Shown here in pieces: positions 50,518 through 60,729 of a stretch of 64,000 nt of DNA. This DNA is from Candidatus Aenigmatarchaeota archaeon (GTDB taxonomy: Archaea > Aenigmatarchaeota > Aenigmatarchaeia > QMZP01 > QMZT01). How positions within the stretch are numbered: the stretch's first letter is position 1; every line of letters starts with the position of its first letter. The stretch is from the NCBI GenBank assembly GCA_026397315.1, contig JAPLVC010000004.1, positions 64,001-128,000 on the forward strand, written 5' to 3'. Under the pieces are notes generated by a model, which was not told the DNA's origin, did no database searches, and saw nothing but the letters and a program-made list of their open reading frames with translations. Both the position numbers and the translations under genes were made by a program.

Positions 50518-51162
50518 GTGTGGCTTGTGAACGGAGCGTATGTCCGTGCCAACATCTGCGAGGATTTCGTCAATTTCGACCACCATTACCACCTGCGCCT
50601 TATACCGAAGAACGAATTCTGGATCGCCAAAGAGGCGAAGCACGACGAGACGCGCTTCTACATAGACCGGATGCTAGCGGAACGCAGGATGATAGCGGCT
50701 GGCGCCAGCTATCTGAAAGCGAATGCCAGGGCAGAGCTGATAGAAAGGGCCGAGAGAGGCAAGTCCAAAATGATGAAGAGAATGGGACGCAAGAAATTCC
50801 ACAGACACGATATAATAGCCAGAGTGCACAAGAAGATGCTTCACAGGCGCGCGGGCGGCCTGAAGATATGGCTGGTGAACGGCGAGCTCGTGAGGGATTT
50901 CTTCATGACGGATTTCGCCGGCGGCGGCCACGACAAGGTATACCATTTCATTCCGGACGAGGAGGTGTGGATAGACGACGACATCTCTCCGGCAGAGCGC
51001 AAGTTCATAATACTGCACGAACTGCACGAACGCGCGCTCATGGCGAAAGGCAAGGACTACCCGCACGGTCACTGGAAGGCGACTCAGGTTGAAGACTATT
51101 TCCGCCACCACCCCAAACACGCGGGAGCTGCGATAAAGAACGAGTTAGCAAGGCAGACGTAG
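50518..51162 (+). CDS. Hypothetical protein with internal duplication and HExxE motif (start uncertain)
   Basis: WLVNG..VR...DF....H..Y..IP..E.WI occurs twice; ILHELHER. Confidence 0.7.
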   Translation: MWLVNGAYVRANICEDFVNFDHHYHLRLIPKNEFWIAKEAKHDETRFYIDRMLAERRMIAAGASYLKANARAELIERAERGKSKMMKRMGRKKFHRHDIIARVHKKMLHRRAGGLKIWLVNGELVRDFFMTDFAGGGHDKVYHFIPDEEVWIDDDISPAERKFIILHELHERALMAKGKDYPHGHWKATQVEDYFRHHPKHAGAAIKNELARQT

Positions 51163-51387
51163 AGCGATTTTGTCTGCATTATTCCTGTCTTGTCATGTCT
51201 TATTATTTGAAATATAACAGCTATAATACCACATATAATATACGACCTGTTTTTCACTCAAAAGTAGTCTACCGAAAGCTTTATAAACCTCAGAACCAAG
51301 TAATTATCACTTACAAATAGTGAAAACAATTGAAACATAAGAATTTGAACGTGAAATTCAATCTTAAAGGGCTCTGAGGGTGAGTAA

Positions 51388-51468
51388 ATGAATCCATTAT
51401 ACATGTTCGGGAACGAAAACGAAATCCAGAAGAGGCTCATGATTTGGCTCATGGAGGCGACGAACTAA
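51388..51468 (+). CDS. Putative 26-aa peptide
   Basis: GAGGGTGAG RBS then MNPLYMFGNENEIQKRLMIWLMEATN. Confidence 0.35.
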   Translation: MNPLYMFGNENEIQKRLMIWLMEATN

Positions 51469-51485
51469 ACCTCGGAGTGTGTCAT

Positions 51486-51668
51486 ATGGCTGAACATAAG
51501 ATAATCGACCGCAAGATGATAAACATCGCCGTTAAGGTCGAGAACATGAAATTTGATGGTCGCAGCGCAGAATTCTCGAAATTCTGCGAAGGTTACAACG
51601 AGGCGCTTGACAGCATCATCGCCTTGATAAGAAAGGAGCTTCAGGAAGGGATGCAAGTGGGAATGTAG
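51486..51668 (+). CDS. Small hypothetical protein
   Basis: 60 aa; GGAGTG upstream. Confidence 0.55.
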   Translation: MAEHKIIDRKMINIAVKVENMKFDGRSAEFSKFCEGYNEALDSIIALIRKELQEGMQVGM

Positions 51669-51683
51669 TTGAGGATGATATTT

Positions 51684-52076
51684 ATGTCAAAATACTGCAA
51701 TGTGTGCCGTAATTTCACGGTGGATTTAAACAGATACCTGACGGACCTAAGAGAAAATCCTGCGGAATATCACAACTTAACATTAGGAATGGATATTCTG
51801 ACGGAGGATGCTTTAAACATGGCCGGTGACAAAATAGTCGACTGCACGAATCAATGCAACCAGTTTAATGTTTATGCAAATAAAGATCTGCTCAAAGCTC
51901 TCAGAATTGTGTTTGCATCTATTGGAGAAGGCAGGATGCAAGATGCAATAAAAAACGCAATGAGTGATATTATGGATAAAGGCCAAGGATCAGGTAAATA
52001 CAAGGAAATTGTCATGGGACAAGGTATTCAGGAAGTCATTGCGAATACATTAAAAAAACGTCAAAAGGGGTGTTAA
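51684..52076 (+). CDS. Hypothetical protein
   Basis: CNVC near N-terminus, CTNQC; AT-rich. Confidence 0.6.
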   Translation: MSKYCNVCRNFTVDLNRYLTDLRENPAEYHNLTLGMDILTEDALNMAGDKIVDCTNQCNQFNVYANKDLLKALRIVFASIGEGRMQDAIKNAMSDIMDKGQGSGKYKEIVMGQGIQEVIANTLKKRQKGC

Positions 52077-52079
52077 AAC

Positions 52080-54464
52080 ATGAAAAACACGATTAAGAAT
52101 TTTGGGTTTAGCGTTTTGGCTTTGTTAGCTGTTGTTATGATAGTGATGCCGGGGGCTTTGGCCGTGCCAAACACGCCACCGGTTATAGATTCTATATCCA
52201 TCACACCGGAAATCCCCAGCAAGTATAACGACCTGGTATGTTCTGTGAGCGTTTCGGACGCCGAAGGGAATCTGGATTATGTTCATTTCAGCTGGTATGT
52301 GAACGGCGTTCTGACGAAGGAAAACAACAAGGTATTATACGGCTCTGCCAGCACTGCTTCGGACGTTTTCAGCGGCTCCAAGGAAGCGAACGATTACGTT
52401 GTTTGCGAGGCTAAGGCATACGACTTTGAAAGCGCGTATGACCGCGAAACTCATGCTGTCCGCGTAGGAACTGTGACTACTATTTCTGTACCACAAATAT
52501 CCTACGTGGATATAACCCCAAGACACCCCAACCCTCAACAAGATTTGACGTGCTCAGTCTTCGCGACTGACGCGGATGATAATCTTGATCATGTTACGTT
52601 CGAATGGATAGTAAACGGCCGCATGATCAGGTCCGCAGCCAAATACATGGAAGGCTCTTCAGACGTTGCTAGCGACACGCTCGAAGTGAGTCGCACGCAA
52701 CAGGGCGACCTGATAAGATGCAAGGCTAGCGTCGCGGACGCGAGCAGCATGGTCGCTACTGCGGAGTCAGTGACCGTCGTAATGGGAGCCAGCACGTATC
52801 CTTACACACCAACCACACCGACGACGCCCACGTATGGCAGGCCAACGGCCGTGCTTAAGATATATGACAACACCGTCGACGTAGAAGACGTGGCACATTT
52901 CTCAGGCCACGATTCTTACGCGCCGAGCGGCCACTACGTCGACCAGTACATGTTCGATTACGGTGACGGACAGGAGTCCGCATGGCAGCCTGATGCGAAC
53001 GGTTATCATTCTTACGAAGAAGACGACACGTATTACGTGAGGCTCAAAGTCAAGGACGAAAACGGCGTTGAATCCAACTGGAGTCCCGCGTCCATAGTGT
53101 ACGTGGGAACAGGCTCCGGAGGAAGCAGCAGCCACATCTCCATAGACGACATGAGCATAATCAAGGCCGCTGGAAGCGGCTACACGAGGTTCGAGTGCAA
53201 CGTCGAAGTGTTCGACAAGAGCGACGACCTCGATTACGTGAGATTCAAGTGGTATCTCAACGACGACCTCATGTCCAACGACAAGGCGACCGTGTCAGGC
53301 GGCAGCGACGAGGCGAGCGACGAGATAAGCCTGCTTACGGACGACGAGGATGTGATAAAGTGCGAAGCGATAGTATACGACCAGAAGCATAACTCGGCGA
53401 CGGCGACGAGAACGACAGGCGGCTCCGCTGTAGGCGAGGGATGCAACCTGGTTGTGACGAAATTCGACTATCTCACATACATGATTCAAGGTAAAACAGC
53501 GTACGTAGACGCGGAAGTCCAGAACACCGGCTCGTCCGGCAGCATCACGATGAAGCTTTACGTGGACGGCTCGCTTAAAGACACGTACTCCTCTCATGCC
53601 AATTACAACGCGAAAGTCTCGAAGAAATTCGAGTTCGCACTGGCGACCGGTTCGCACAAGATAAAGCTTGATGTATACATGCCGTGCGGGGCGAAGGACA
53701 CGAAAACCGCGGAAATAACGGTTTTCGCGGCAGACTCGACCGGCTTCATTCCAAAGGAGAAGCAGGAAAGCGGAACCGATGGCATAACGCAGACCAGCGT
53801 CAAGATAACGCCGGCAGCGCTCGATATAGCGATAAACAAGGGCGACGTCGTGACCGTCTATATAGAGAGCCCGGCGCAGACGAAGTTCACCATAACCGTC
53901 GATGGCATTCCAGAAAACTGGGCCAGCTACCCGGCAGAAGTCGACGTGAAAGGAGCCAAAACGGCTTTCGTATACATTGTTCCCAAAACAGTCGGCAATT
54001 ATAATTTCGTAGTGAAAGTAAGCGGCGCGGGCAGGAACTACGAGCAGAACATCGCCCTTTATGTCGCTCCCGAAAACGGAATGCAGAACGGTGCCAGCGG
54101 CCTTACGGGCCTGATAAGCGGCCTTGAAAGCAACTGGCTCATAGGGGCGGCGTTCATCGCTGTCCTGGCCGTGCTCGCTGTTTTGTATTTCCTGGCAGGC
54201 AAAATGGCAAAAGGCAAGAAGAAATACGAGGACCACGTTTACGGCGAGCGCAGGACTCCGTACTATGGGCAATATTCGGCCCAGACGCAGCCCAGGATGA
54301 TGAAAGGTTCGATGGGCATTCCTGTAAAAGCCGCGGTACCGCAGGTTCAGCGTGTCCAGAGAATGCCTCAGATGACGCGCGCGGATTGGCTTTCGAGAGT
54401 AATGAGCGGCAGGTACTCTGACGGTACTGGATACCCGAAGCGCGGCATAGACTTCATGAAGTAG
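52080..54464 (+). CDS. Cell-surface protein with Ig-like repeats, PKD and CARDB-like domains, TM and cytoplasmic tail
   Basis: Signal peptide; three C.V...D...NLDYV.F.W..NG repeats; YMFDYGDG...V.L.V.D..G (PKD); TM near C-terminus. Confidence 0.85.
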   Translation: MKNTIKNFGFSVLALLAVVMIVMPGALAVPNTPPVIDSISITPEIPSKYNDLVCSVSVSDAEGNLDYVHFSWYVNGVLTKENNKVLYGSASTASDVFSGSKEANDYVVCEAKAYDFESAYDRETHAVRVGTVTTISVPQISYVDITPRHPNPQQDLTCSVFATDADDNLDHVTFEWIVNGRMIRSAAKYMEGSSDVASDTLEVSRTQQGDLIRCKASVADASSMVATAESVTVVMGASTYPYTPTTPTTPTYGRPTAVLKIYDNTVDVEDVAHFSGHDSYAPSGHYVDQYMFDYGDGQESAWQPDANGYHSYEEDDTYYVRLKVKDENGVESNWSPASIVYVGTGSGGSSSHISIDDMSIIKAAGSGYTRFECNVEVFDKSDDLDYVRFKWYLNDDLMSNDKATVSGGSDEASDEISLLTDDEDVIKCEAIVYDQKHNSATATRTTGGSAVGEGCNLVVTKFDYLTYMIQGKTAYVDAEVQNTGSSGSITMKLYVDGSLKDTYSSHANYNAKVSKKFEFALATGSHKIKLDVYMPCGAKDTKTAEITVFAADSTGFIPKEKQESGTDGITQTSVKITPAALDIAINKGDVVTVYIESPAQTKFTITVDGIPENWASYPAEVDVKGAKTAFVYIVPKTVGNYNFVVKVSGAGRNYEQNIALYVAPENGMQNGASGLTGLISGLESNWLIGAAFIAVLAVLAVLYFLAGKMAKGKKKYEDHVYGERRTPYYGQYSAQTQPRMMKGSMGIPVKAAVPQVQRVQRMPQMTRADWLSRVMSGRYSDGTGYPKRGIDFMK

Positions 54465-54478
54465 CGGAGGCATGTTAC

Positions 54479-54793
54479 ATGTCTTACGGCTCAAAAGTCC
54501 TAGCCAAATATTCCACCGCAGGAGGCCAGGTTCTTGGCATATGCCAGAAGGACGTCGACGACAAATTCTACGTTTTCCTTGACGTTGAAAAATCCGGATT
54601 CCAGATGTCTGAAGTCTTCCCTCCGGAGAAGCAGATCAGCCATGCCATAAGATATCTCGAAAGCCTGAATCCATTATCCACTTTCGAGGAAGCGGAAGAC
54701 CGCCTGAAAAGCGGTTTCATAGGGCTTCATAAAATCCCAGTCGACGACGGCTGGAAAATAATCGTATACAACGGTACTAAAATGAAAGTATAA
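54479..54793 (+). CDS. Hypothetical protein
   Basis: 104 aa; GGAGG upstream. Confidence 0.55.
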   Translation: MSYGSKVLAKYSTAGGQVLGICQKDVDDKFYVFLDVEKSGFQMSEVFPPEKQISHAIRYLESLNPLSTFEEAEDRLKSGFIGLHKIPVDDGWKIIVYNGTKMKV

Positions 54794-54956
54794 GCCGCAA
54801 ATGCCGACAAAATTCTCGAGATGCTCTCAAAACCGCCATCCGATTAACCGATAGCGCTTTTTGGAATCTGTTAACAATATCTGTTTTTAAAATTTCACTG
54901 TCATAGAATTTCATAAAGTGTTACATTAATTAACCAATCTCTTTGGTGGTGGTTTT

Positions 54957-57008
54957 ATGAAAACAGATAAGATTTTAGCTATATTCGTTTTGTTAAGCGT
55001 TTTCGCCGCAATCGCGCCGTTCGCGAGCGCCTATTCAAACATAGGTTTAGCGCTGGCGAAGGACAAGGTATCCGGCTGTCCCGGGTATGCGATACCCGTG
55101 GAGCTGACAGTATCGAACAATGATGTTGCGACTCACACATACGCTTTATCGCTGGAGCTGCCCGCTGGATGGACGTCACCGGACAACGGCTTCATACAGC
55201 CGGACGTCACGCTCGTTTCAGGCGAGGCGAAGAAAATAACGTTCTGGGTCAATCCATCTTACACGCCGGGCATTTACAGCGTGAAAGTTAAGGCTAAAGC
55301 AGGCATCGACGAGGCCTACAAAATGCTTGAGGTCGAAGTCTTAAGATGCCACGAAATCGCGTTACAGACGCCTGAAACAGTGGACGTGTGTATGGATGTG
55401 GGTTTCCAGTATTCTTTCACCGTGGCCAACAACGGCAAGGAGACCGAGGAATTTGAGGTCACTGTTACTGGTTCATGGTCTATCAAAGAGCTTCACAAGG
55501 AAACGCTTTCGCTCGAAGCCGGCAAGAGCAAGAACATCGCTTTCGACGTGACCGCGCCAAAGGAAAGCGGCAAGCTCACGGTAAAGGCGGTTTCCAAGAC
55601 TTCTTACGCGAAAGACGAGCGAAACACCCAGGTCAATGTTAACAAGTGCTACGACTTCGACGCGTCAATGGAACCGAAAGAATCGAACGCTTGCGTCGGT
55701 TCTTCAGCGAAATACGTGGTCGCGATAACCAACAAGGGCACGGCCGCGGACGTTTACATGATAAGTTCGCCGCAGTGGGTCTCGCCATCTCAAACTAACG
55801 TCACGATTCTTCCGGGCGAACAGAAGACCATCGAACTGAACGCCTTCCCTGAGAACAAGGGCAAGACGAGTTTCGACGTTAAAATAACTTCAAAGGGACA
55901 GAATGCGCTTTCCAAAACGCTAAAAGCGTCGATAGAGGGTAAGATATGCAGGAGTGTTGCTGTCATTGTTTCTCCTGCCAAGCAGGAAGTGTGCAAAGGC
56001 CTTCCGGTGGAGTACAAGGTCACGGTAAAGAACACCGGCATGGCGAAAGACACCTACACGCTCAGTTCTAATATCGGGACGTTTGAGAGCGACACCGTCG
56101 CTGTAGAGCAGGGCGAGATAAAGGAGCTCACGCTCAAGATTGAAACCAAACAATTCGTCGAGAAGGACGGAGTGAAAGACGTCGTGGTGACAGCCAAGAG
56201 CGGGGAAATAAGCGACGAGAACACGGTCCAGCTGGCGCTCAAGAACTGCTACTCGGCGGAATTCGGCGTCAGCCCGCAGAGCTCTAGCGTATGCGCGGGC
56301 GAAGAGGTCGCATACGTCATCGCGCTCAAGAACACGGGCGCGTTCGCGGACAATTACACCATAGGCATAGAGGACGGCACGCTTGGCTCCGTAAATCTAG
56401 CGCCAGGCGAACTGAAGATGTTCTCGACAACTATTAAAATAGGCTTCCCTGAAGGCAGCAACGAGATAACGTTCACGCTCGCTTCCGAACACTCGGCAAT
56501 GAAAGCGACCGCTAACATAACGGTCAAGAAAGAAAGCGAATGTTACAGCCTGCAGTTCACGAGCGAGGGACCCTCATACACTGTCGACGCGGGCAAGGGC
56601 ATTGCCATCGCCGTGAAGCTGAAGAACACTGGCGAGAGAAAAGATTCGTACAAAACCGAAGTGATAGGCCCTGGATGGATGAGTCTCAACGAAGATTCTT
56701 TCGAGCTTGCTCCGGGCGAGGAAGCTTACGCTTACATCTACGCTTCACCCGGCCTGGACGTCAAGAAAGGCGTATACAACGCGCAACTGAAGGCCACGTC
56801 GCTGGTTTCGGGCGAACATGACTTCGACTTCAGGGTCGGTGTAGGCATGGTCCCGCCCGAAGAAGCGAAGCAGCCGAACGGCATAAGCATACCCACGGGA
56901 AACATAATCAACCTGTCCAGCAACACCGGCAAGGTGATGCTGCTGGCTCTGATAGTCTTCCTGATAATAATAATACTGGTGGTCAAGTTCGTGCTGTTCG
57001 TGAAATAG
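54957..57008 (+). CDS. Cell-surface protein with ~6 Ig-like (NEW3/CARDB-like) repeats and C-terminal TM
   Basis: Repeated C.G....Y.V.V.NTG...D.Y...L.PGE units; signal peptide; TM anchor. Confidence 0.85.
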   Translation: MKTDKILAIFVLLSVFAAIAPFASAYSNIGLALAKDKVSGCPGYAIPVELTVSNNDVATHTYALSLELPAGWTSPDNGFIQPDVTLVSGEAKKITFWVNPSYTPGIYSVKVKAKAGIDEAYKMLEVEVLRCHEIALQTPETVDVCMDVGFQYSFTVANNGKETEEFEVTVTGSWSIKELHKETLSLEAGKSKNIAFDVTAPKESGKLTVKAVSKTSYAKDERNTQVNVNKCYDFDASMEPKESNACVGSSAKYVVAITNKGTAADVYMISSPQWVSPSQTNVTILPGEQKTIELNAFPENKGKTSFDVKITSKGQNALSKTLKASIEGKICRSVAVIVSPAKQEVCKGLPVEYKVTVKNTGMAKDTYTLSSNIGTFESDTVAVEQGEIKELTLKIETKQFVEKDGVKDVVVTAKSGEISDENTVQLALKNCYSAEFGVSPQSSSVCAGEEVAYVIALKNTGAFADNYTIGIEDGTLGSVNLAPGELKMFSTTIKIGFPEGSNEITFTLASEHSAMKATANITVKKESECYSLQFTSEGPSYTVDAGKGIAIAVKLKNTGERKDSYKTEVIGPGWMSLNEDSFELAPGEEAYAYIYASPGLDVKKGVYNAQLKATSLVSGEHDFDFRVGVGMVPPEEAKQPNGISIPTGNIINLSSNTGKVMLLALIVFLIIIILVVKFVLFVK

Positions 57009-57027
57009 AGTGGAATGGAGTCCGACG

Positions 57028-57849
57028 CTAATACATCATGGCTTTTGCCATTCCATAGCACCTTACGGCCGAAAGGCTTATCTCGGCCAGCACGCGCCAC
57101 GGCGCGTTGCTCGTGGCCAAGAATTTCTTGAGCATCTTGCTGTATAACCACGCCTTGGGCTGGCGGTAGTTTTCTGCCGTGTATTTCATCACATATTCCT
57201 GCGACCTGGACAGCCGCTCCCTCGCCCAGTTCAAAACCTCTTCCATGGGCATGTAACGGCCGGTGAATTCAACGCGTCCGTCACGAATGCATTTGAGCAC
57301 GCCATCGACACTATCCGCGTTCATCGTGTTGACAGAGCAACCGAGCATGGAAAGCGTATGCGCATCCGAACCGGCGACCTTCGGAAGTGGGGAATGCCTG
57401 AACATGGAGTATGTGCACAGGTTGCCAATCTTGTCTATGTTGAGCGAGTTGAACATCTCTATTGCGTCTGCCTTGTCCGCCTGGCTTCGGATGCCCTGGC
57501 CGCGGACGTCGAAAGGATGCGCCGCTACCGCGACTCCTCCCTGCTCGCGTATCCTGTCGACCGTTTCTTCCACGCTAAGGAAATTGGCCACGGGTTCGCT
57601 TATGCCCAGGGCTATCACATGACCTGATTGTGTCTGCAGCTCGACGCCTGGAATGAAGATTATGCCCTGTTTTTTCGCTTCCCTGCGCGCCTCGGGCCAC
57701 GCCTTGGTCGTGTGGTGGTCCGTTATGGCGACGCCTGACAGCCCTATCCTCTTCGCGTGGGCGACTATTGCGGCCGGCGAAGGTATGCCCTCCCATGGTA
57801 TTTTCGCACCCTTGGAATGATGCGAATGACAATGCAGCTCGAATTTCAT
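57028..57849 (-). CDS. PHP-family metal-dependent phosphoesterase
   Basis: LHCHSHHS, AITDH, GVE, AHPF, GSDAH. Confidence 0.9.
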   Translation of the reverse strand: MKFELHCHSHHSKGAKIPWEGIPSPAAIVAHAKRIGLSGVAITDHHTTKAWPEARREAKKQGIIFIPGVELQTQSGHVIALGISEPVANFLSVEETVDRIREQGGVAVAAHPFDVRGQGIRSQADKADAIEMFNSLNIDKIGNLCTYSMFRHSPLPKVAGSDAHTLSMLGCSVNTMNADSVDGVLKCIRDGRVEFTGRYMPMEEVLNWARERLSRSQEYVMKYTAENYRQPKAWLYSKMLKKFLATSNAPWRVLAEISLSAVRCYGMAKAMMY

Positions 57850-57942
57850 GAAAAACACCTGAAATGCCCGTTTGTGAATATTTATTAATATCTGACAATA
57901 ATTCTTATAAATCCGGCAAAACAGCCATAAGTATCTTTAAAG

Positions 57943-58665
57943 GTGACCATTATAATCACAATTCCAAGGCACATAGGCATAATACCAGACGGCAACAGGA
58001 GATTGGCCAGGCGCCTGATGCAGACGCCGTGGAAAGGCCACGCAATGGGCCTAGGCAAGATCAGAAACGTGGCCAGCTGGTGCAATGAGCTGGGCGTCAA
58101 GAACGTGACCATATATCTTCTTTCGCTTGAAAACCTGCAGAAGAGACCCAAGCGCGAGCTGAGCTACCTGTTCGGCCTCGCGCGCGGCGAGTTAAAGGAA
58201 ATCCTTGAAAACGCGAAGCACTCCGTGCATCTTAACAGGACAAGGGTCAGATTTTTCGGCAGGCTCGAAGTGTTACCAGCGGACCTTCAGCAGGGCATAC
58301 GCCTGGTCGAAGAAAAGACGAGCCACTATGCTAACGGCTTCCTGAACCTCGCCATCGCTTACGGCGGCCGCCAGGAGATAACAGAGGCCGTACGAAAGCT
58401 CGCTAGGGACGCGCAGAAAGGCAGGATAAAAGTCGGCGACATAAAGGAGAGCACGCTCAGGAACTACATGTGGACGGGCGAACTGAGCGACCCGGACATG
58501 GTAATCAGGACGGGCGGGGAAAAGCGGCTCTCGAATTTTCTCCCGTTCCAGTCGACTTACTCCGAGCTGTTTTTCATGGACAAGTTCTGGCCCGAGCTGA
58601 GCAAAGACGATATTGCTGCCGCGATAAAGGAATACGGCGAAAGGCAGCGCAGGTTCGGCAAGTGA
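57943..58665 (+). CDS. uppS: cis-prenyltransferase (polyprenyl diphosphate synthase)
   Basis: HIGIIPDGNRR, AIAYGGRQEI, IRTGGEKRLSNFL, RRFGK. Confidence 0.95.
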   Translation: MTIIITIPRHIGIIPDGNRRLARRLMQTPWKGHAMGLGKIRNVASWCNELGVKNVTIYLLSLENLQKRPKRELSYLFGLARGELKEILENAKHSVHLNRTRVRFFGRLEVLPADLQQGIRLVEEKTSHYANGFLNLAIAYGGRQEITEAVRKLARDAQKGRIKVGDIKESTLRNYMWTGELSDPDMVIRTGGEKRLSNFLPFQSTYSELFFMDKFWPELSKDDIAAAIKEYGERQRRFGK

Positions 58666-58722
58666 ACTTTTCTTTAAATTATTTTCTTCCCAATTGATTA
58701 ACAGTGTTGCTTTGGTGGAAGG

Positions 58723-59340
58723 ATGGCATACTCTTTCAACTTCGATCTCTCGAAATTCTCCCAGAACTTCTTCAGGGACCTTGCCAAATTCTCTGAAAGG
58801 AACAGGCTCCACAAGAAGCTCGGCAGCAGTTCGAGAAAGCTCATGGAAAAGTTCAAGGTCCACAAGCTGACGGGCCTGCCCGTGGCCGAGGCTTCAATGA
58901 TCGTCGAGGACCTGATGGACACATACATACGGAATCTGACACAGAAGGAAATCTTCTCGAAAACGAAAAAACGCGCCCTGCTCATGCCGCACTGCTCCAG
59001 AAAATACATGGACCAGAGATGCAAGGCCAGGTTCAACGCGGCATTGTCTTATTACCAGTGCCGTCACTGCTCGCCGGACTGCAGCGTAAACAGAGCGACA
59101 GCGCTGGCGCAGAAGAAGGGTTACGACATATTCATCCTGCCCGGAGGCTCGTGCGTGAGGAAGCTGCTGGCAACGCGCAAGTACGACGGAATCGTCGGAG
59201 TCGCCTGCTGCGAGGAGATAAAGCTCGCCGCGAAGCTGTTCGAGCTCAGCAAGATTCCCGCCCAGGCCGTGCCGCTCATAAAGAACGGCTGCTCTGGCAC
59301 GAAGTTCAGGATGGAAACGCTCGAAGCCGTGATGGCATGA
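58723..59340 (+). CDS. DUF116 family protein
   Basis: LLMPHCSR, CRHCS.DC, ILPGGS, GIVGVAC, PL...GC. Confidence 0.85.
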   Translation: MAYSFNFDLSKFSQNFFRDLAKFSERNRLHKKLGSSSRKLMEKFKVHKLTGLPVAEASMIVEDLMDTYIRNLTQKEIFSKTKKRALLMPHCSRKYMDQRCKARFNAALSYYQCRHCSPDCSVNRATALAQKKGYDIFILPGGSCVRKLLATRKYDGIVGVACCEEIKLAAKLFELSKIPAQAVPLIKNGCSGTKFRMETLEAVMA

Positions 59341-59416
59341 GCGACGAAATTTGATTTTTATATCTTAGCTACAAAAATAAAACATCGTAATGGATTGAGG
59401 GTTGAGAGGTTTTCGC

Positions 59417-60136
59417 ATGATAGCAAGACAGACTGCCAAGAAAGTGCGCGTGTGGGACATTGTAAACGGCACTTTCGTAAAGAAGGGCGGCTTCGAACCC
59501 AGTTTCGTAAAGACGCCGTCCGGCGAAGAGGTCGCTAGGGCCAGGATACTGGCGACTATCGTAGCGAAGTTCGTGGCTGAGGACGGCAACTATGCAGCTG
59601 TCACTCTAGACGACGGCAGCGACACCATACGCGCCAAGACCTTCAAGACGATAAAGCCGCTCGACACGGTAGAGATCGGCGACATAGTCGACATTATAGG
59701 CAAGCTGAGGGAATACAACGGGGAAAAGTATATGATGCCAGAAGTCGTCAGCAAGGTGACGGACCCGAACGTCGAGGTGATGCGCAGGCTCGAAATGGTT
59801 TACAAGCAGACGGCCGCGCGCAGGGCGAAGGAATTCGTAGAGAAAAACAAGAGCCGGAATCCCGAAGAGCTCAGAAAAGAGCTTTCTGAAAAATTCGGCA
59901 TAGAGAATCCCATAATTGATGCCCTTTTAGGCGACAAAAAAGCCGAAGGCGGCGACAAAGGCTCGCTGAAGAAGCAGCTGCTCGACGTCATCAACGCTTC
60001 AAAAGACGGCATAGTCTATTCCCAGCTCATGAAAAGCGTCAAGGCCAAGGGAGCTGACATCGAGAGCGCGGTCGACGAGCTCCTTAATGACGGCATGTGC
60101 TATGAACCAAGCCCCGGCAGGATAAGAAAAATATAA
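59417..60136 (+). CDS. Replication protein A RPA2/RPA32-like subunit (OB-fold + winged helix)
   Basis: RQTAKKV, LDDGSDTIR, IIGKLREY, C-terminal LL.DG.CYEPSPG. Confidence 0.8.
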   Translation: MIARQTAKKVRVWDIVNGTFVKKGGFEPSFVKTPSGEEVARARILATIVAKFVAEDGNYAAVTLDDGSDTIRAKTFKTIKPLDTVEIGDIVDIIGKLREYNGEKYMMPEVVSKVTDPNVEVMRRLEMVYKQTAARRAKEFVEKNKSRNPEELRKELSEKFGIENPIIDALLGDKKAEGGDKGSLKKQLLDVINASKDGIVYSQLMKSVKAKGADIESAVDELLNDGMCYEPSPGRIRKI

Positions 60137-60160
60137 TACATTTGTTATTCAAAAACGATT

Positions 60161-60382
60161 TCACATCTGCAATTTCTGTATCGCGGTATCAGGTATGTCG
60201 ATAACTACAGTGGAGCCAATAGCCACTTTACTTATAGCATCATGAAAAACACGATAATTATCGTCTCCTGGCCGGCTTGTAAACTCTAATGTTCTGTTGC
60301 TTGCCGGATCATAGAAATGGGCTATCAGTTCACCATATAGTCTTCCCACAGAAACCCCCGAAAGGGTAAGTTTTCTTTCCAT
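60161..60382 (-). CDS. Small hypothetical protein
   Basis: 73 aa from MERKLTL; AT-rich. Confidence 0.45.
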   Translation of the reverse strand: MERKLTLSGVSVGRLYGELIAHFYDPASNRTLEFTSRPGDDNYRVFHDAISKVAIGSTVVIDIPDTAIQKLQM

Positions 60383-60428
60383 GAGAATAACAATGGGAAA
60401 AGTTTTAAAAATAATGCCTGAGCCAGAG

Positions 60429-60680
60429 TCACAAAAGGCCGATGTCCAGGGGCGCGAGCCCCATCTCCTGCAGGTCCTTTTCGTTGATGGAAACCGAAAT
60501 TTCATTCCCTTCCCACATCATTTTCCCGATGCTCGGCATTTCAGCAAGGTCGTATATTTTCAAAAAAGTTTCGCCATATTTGGCGATTTTGTCTTTGTAT
60601 AGCGGCGCTAGCACGGTTATGAGGCGGTTCCTGTGGAAAGCAACTTTCTCAACGCGGACTTCGACCATATCCACAATCAT
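60429..60680 (-). CDS. Hypothetical protein
   Basis: 83-aa ORF co-oriented with the lipid genes. Confidence 0.55.
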   Translation of the reverse strand: MIVDMVEVRVEKVAFHRNRLITVLAPLYKDKIAKYGETFLKIYDLAEMPSIGKMMWEGNEISVSINEKDLQEMGLAPLDIGLL

Positions 60681-60729
60681 GGAGTCCCTAGAATAAGACG
60701 GGAAGCAGTTTTAAAAAACCGGGTTGTGC

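Noticed and set aside
49633-51162. TAG readthrough fusing the GNAT to the next ORF
   Set aside because: A T-rich terminator-like tract follows the stop and the linker looks non-coding; no pyrrolysine genes seen
35484-54793. Stop-codon reassignment suggested by in-frame continuations
   Set aside because: Conserved genes end normally with TAA (tbp), TAG (gdhA) and TGA (ftsZ)
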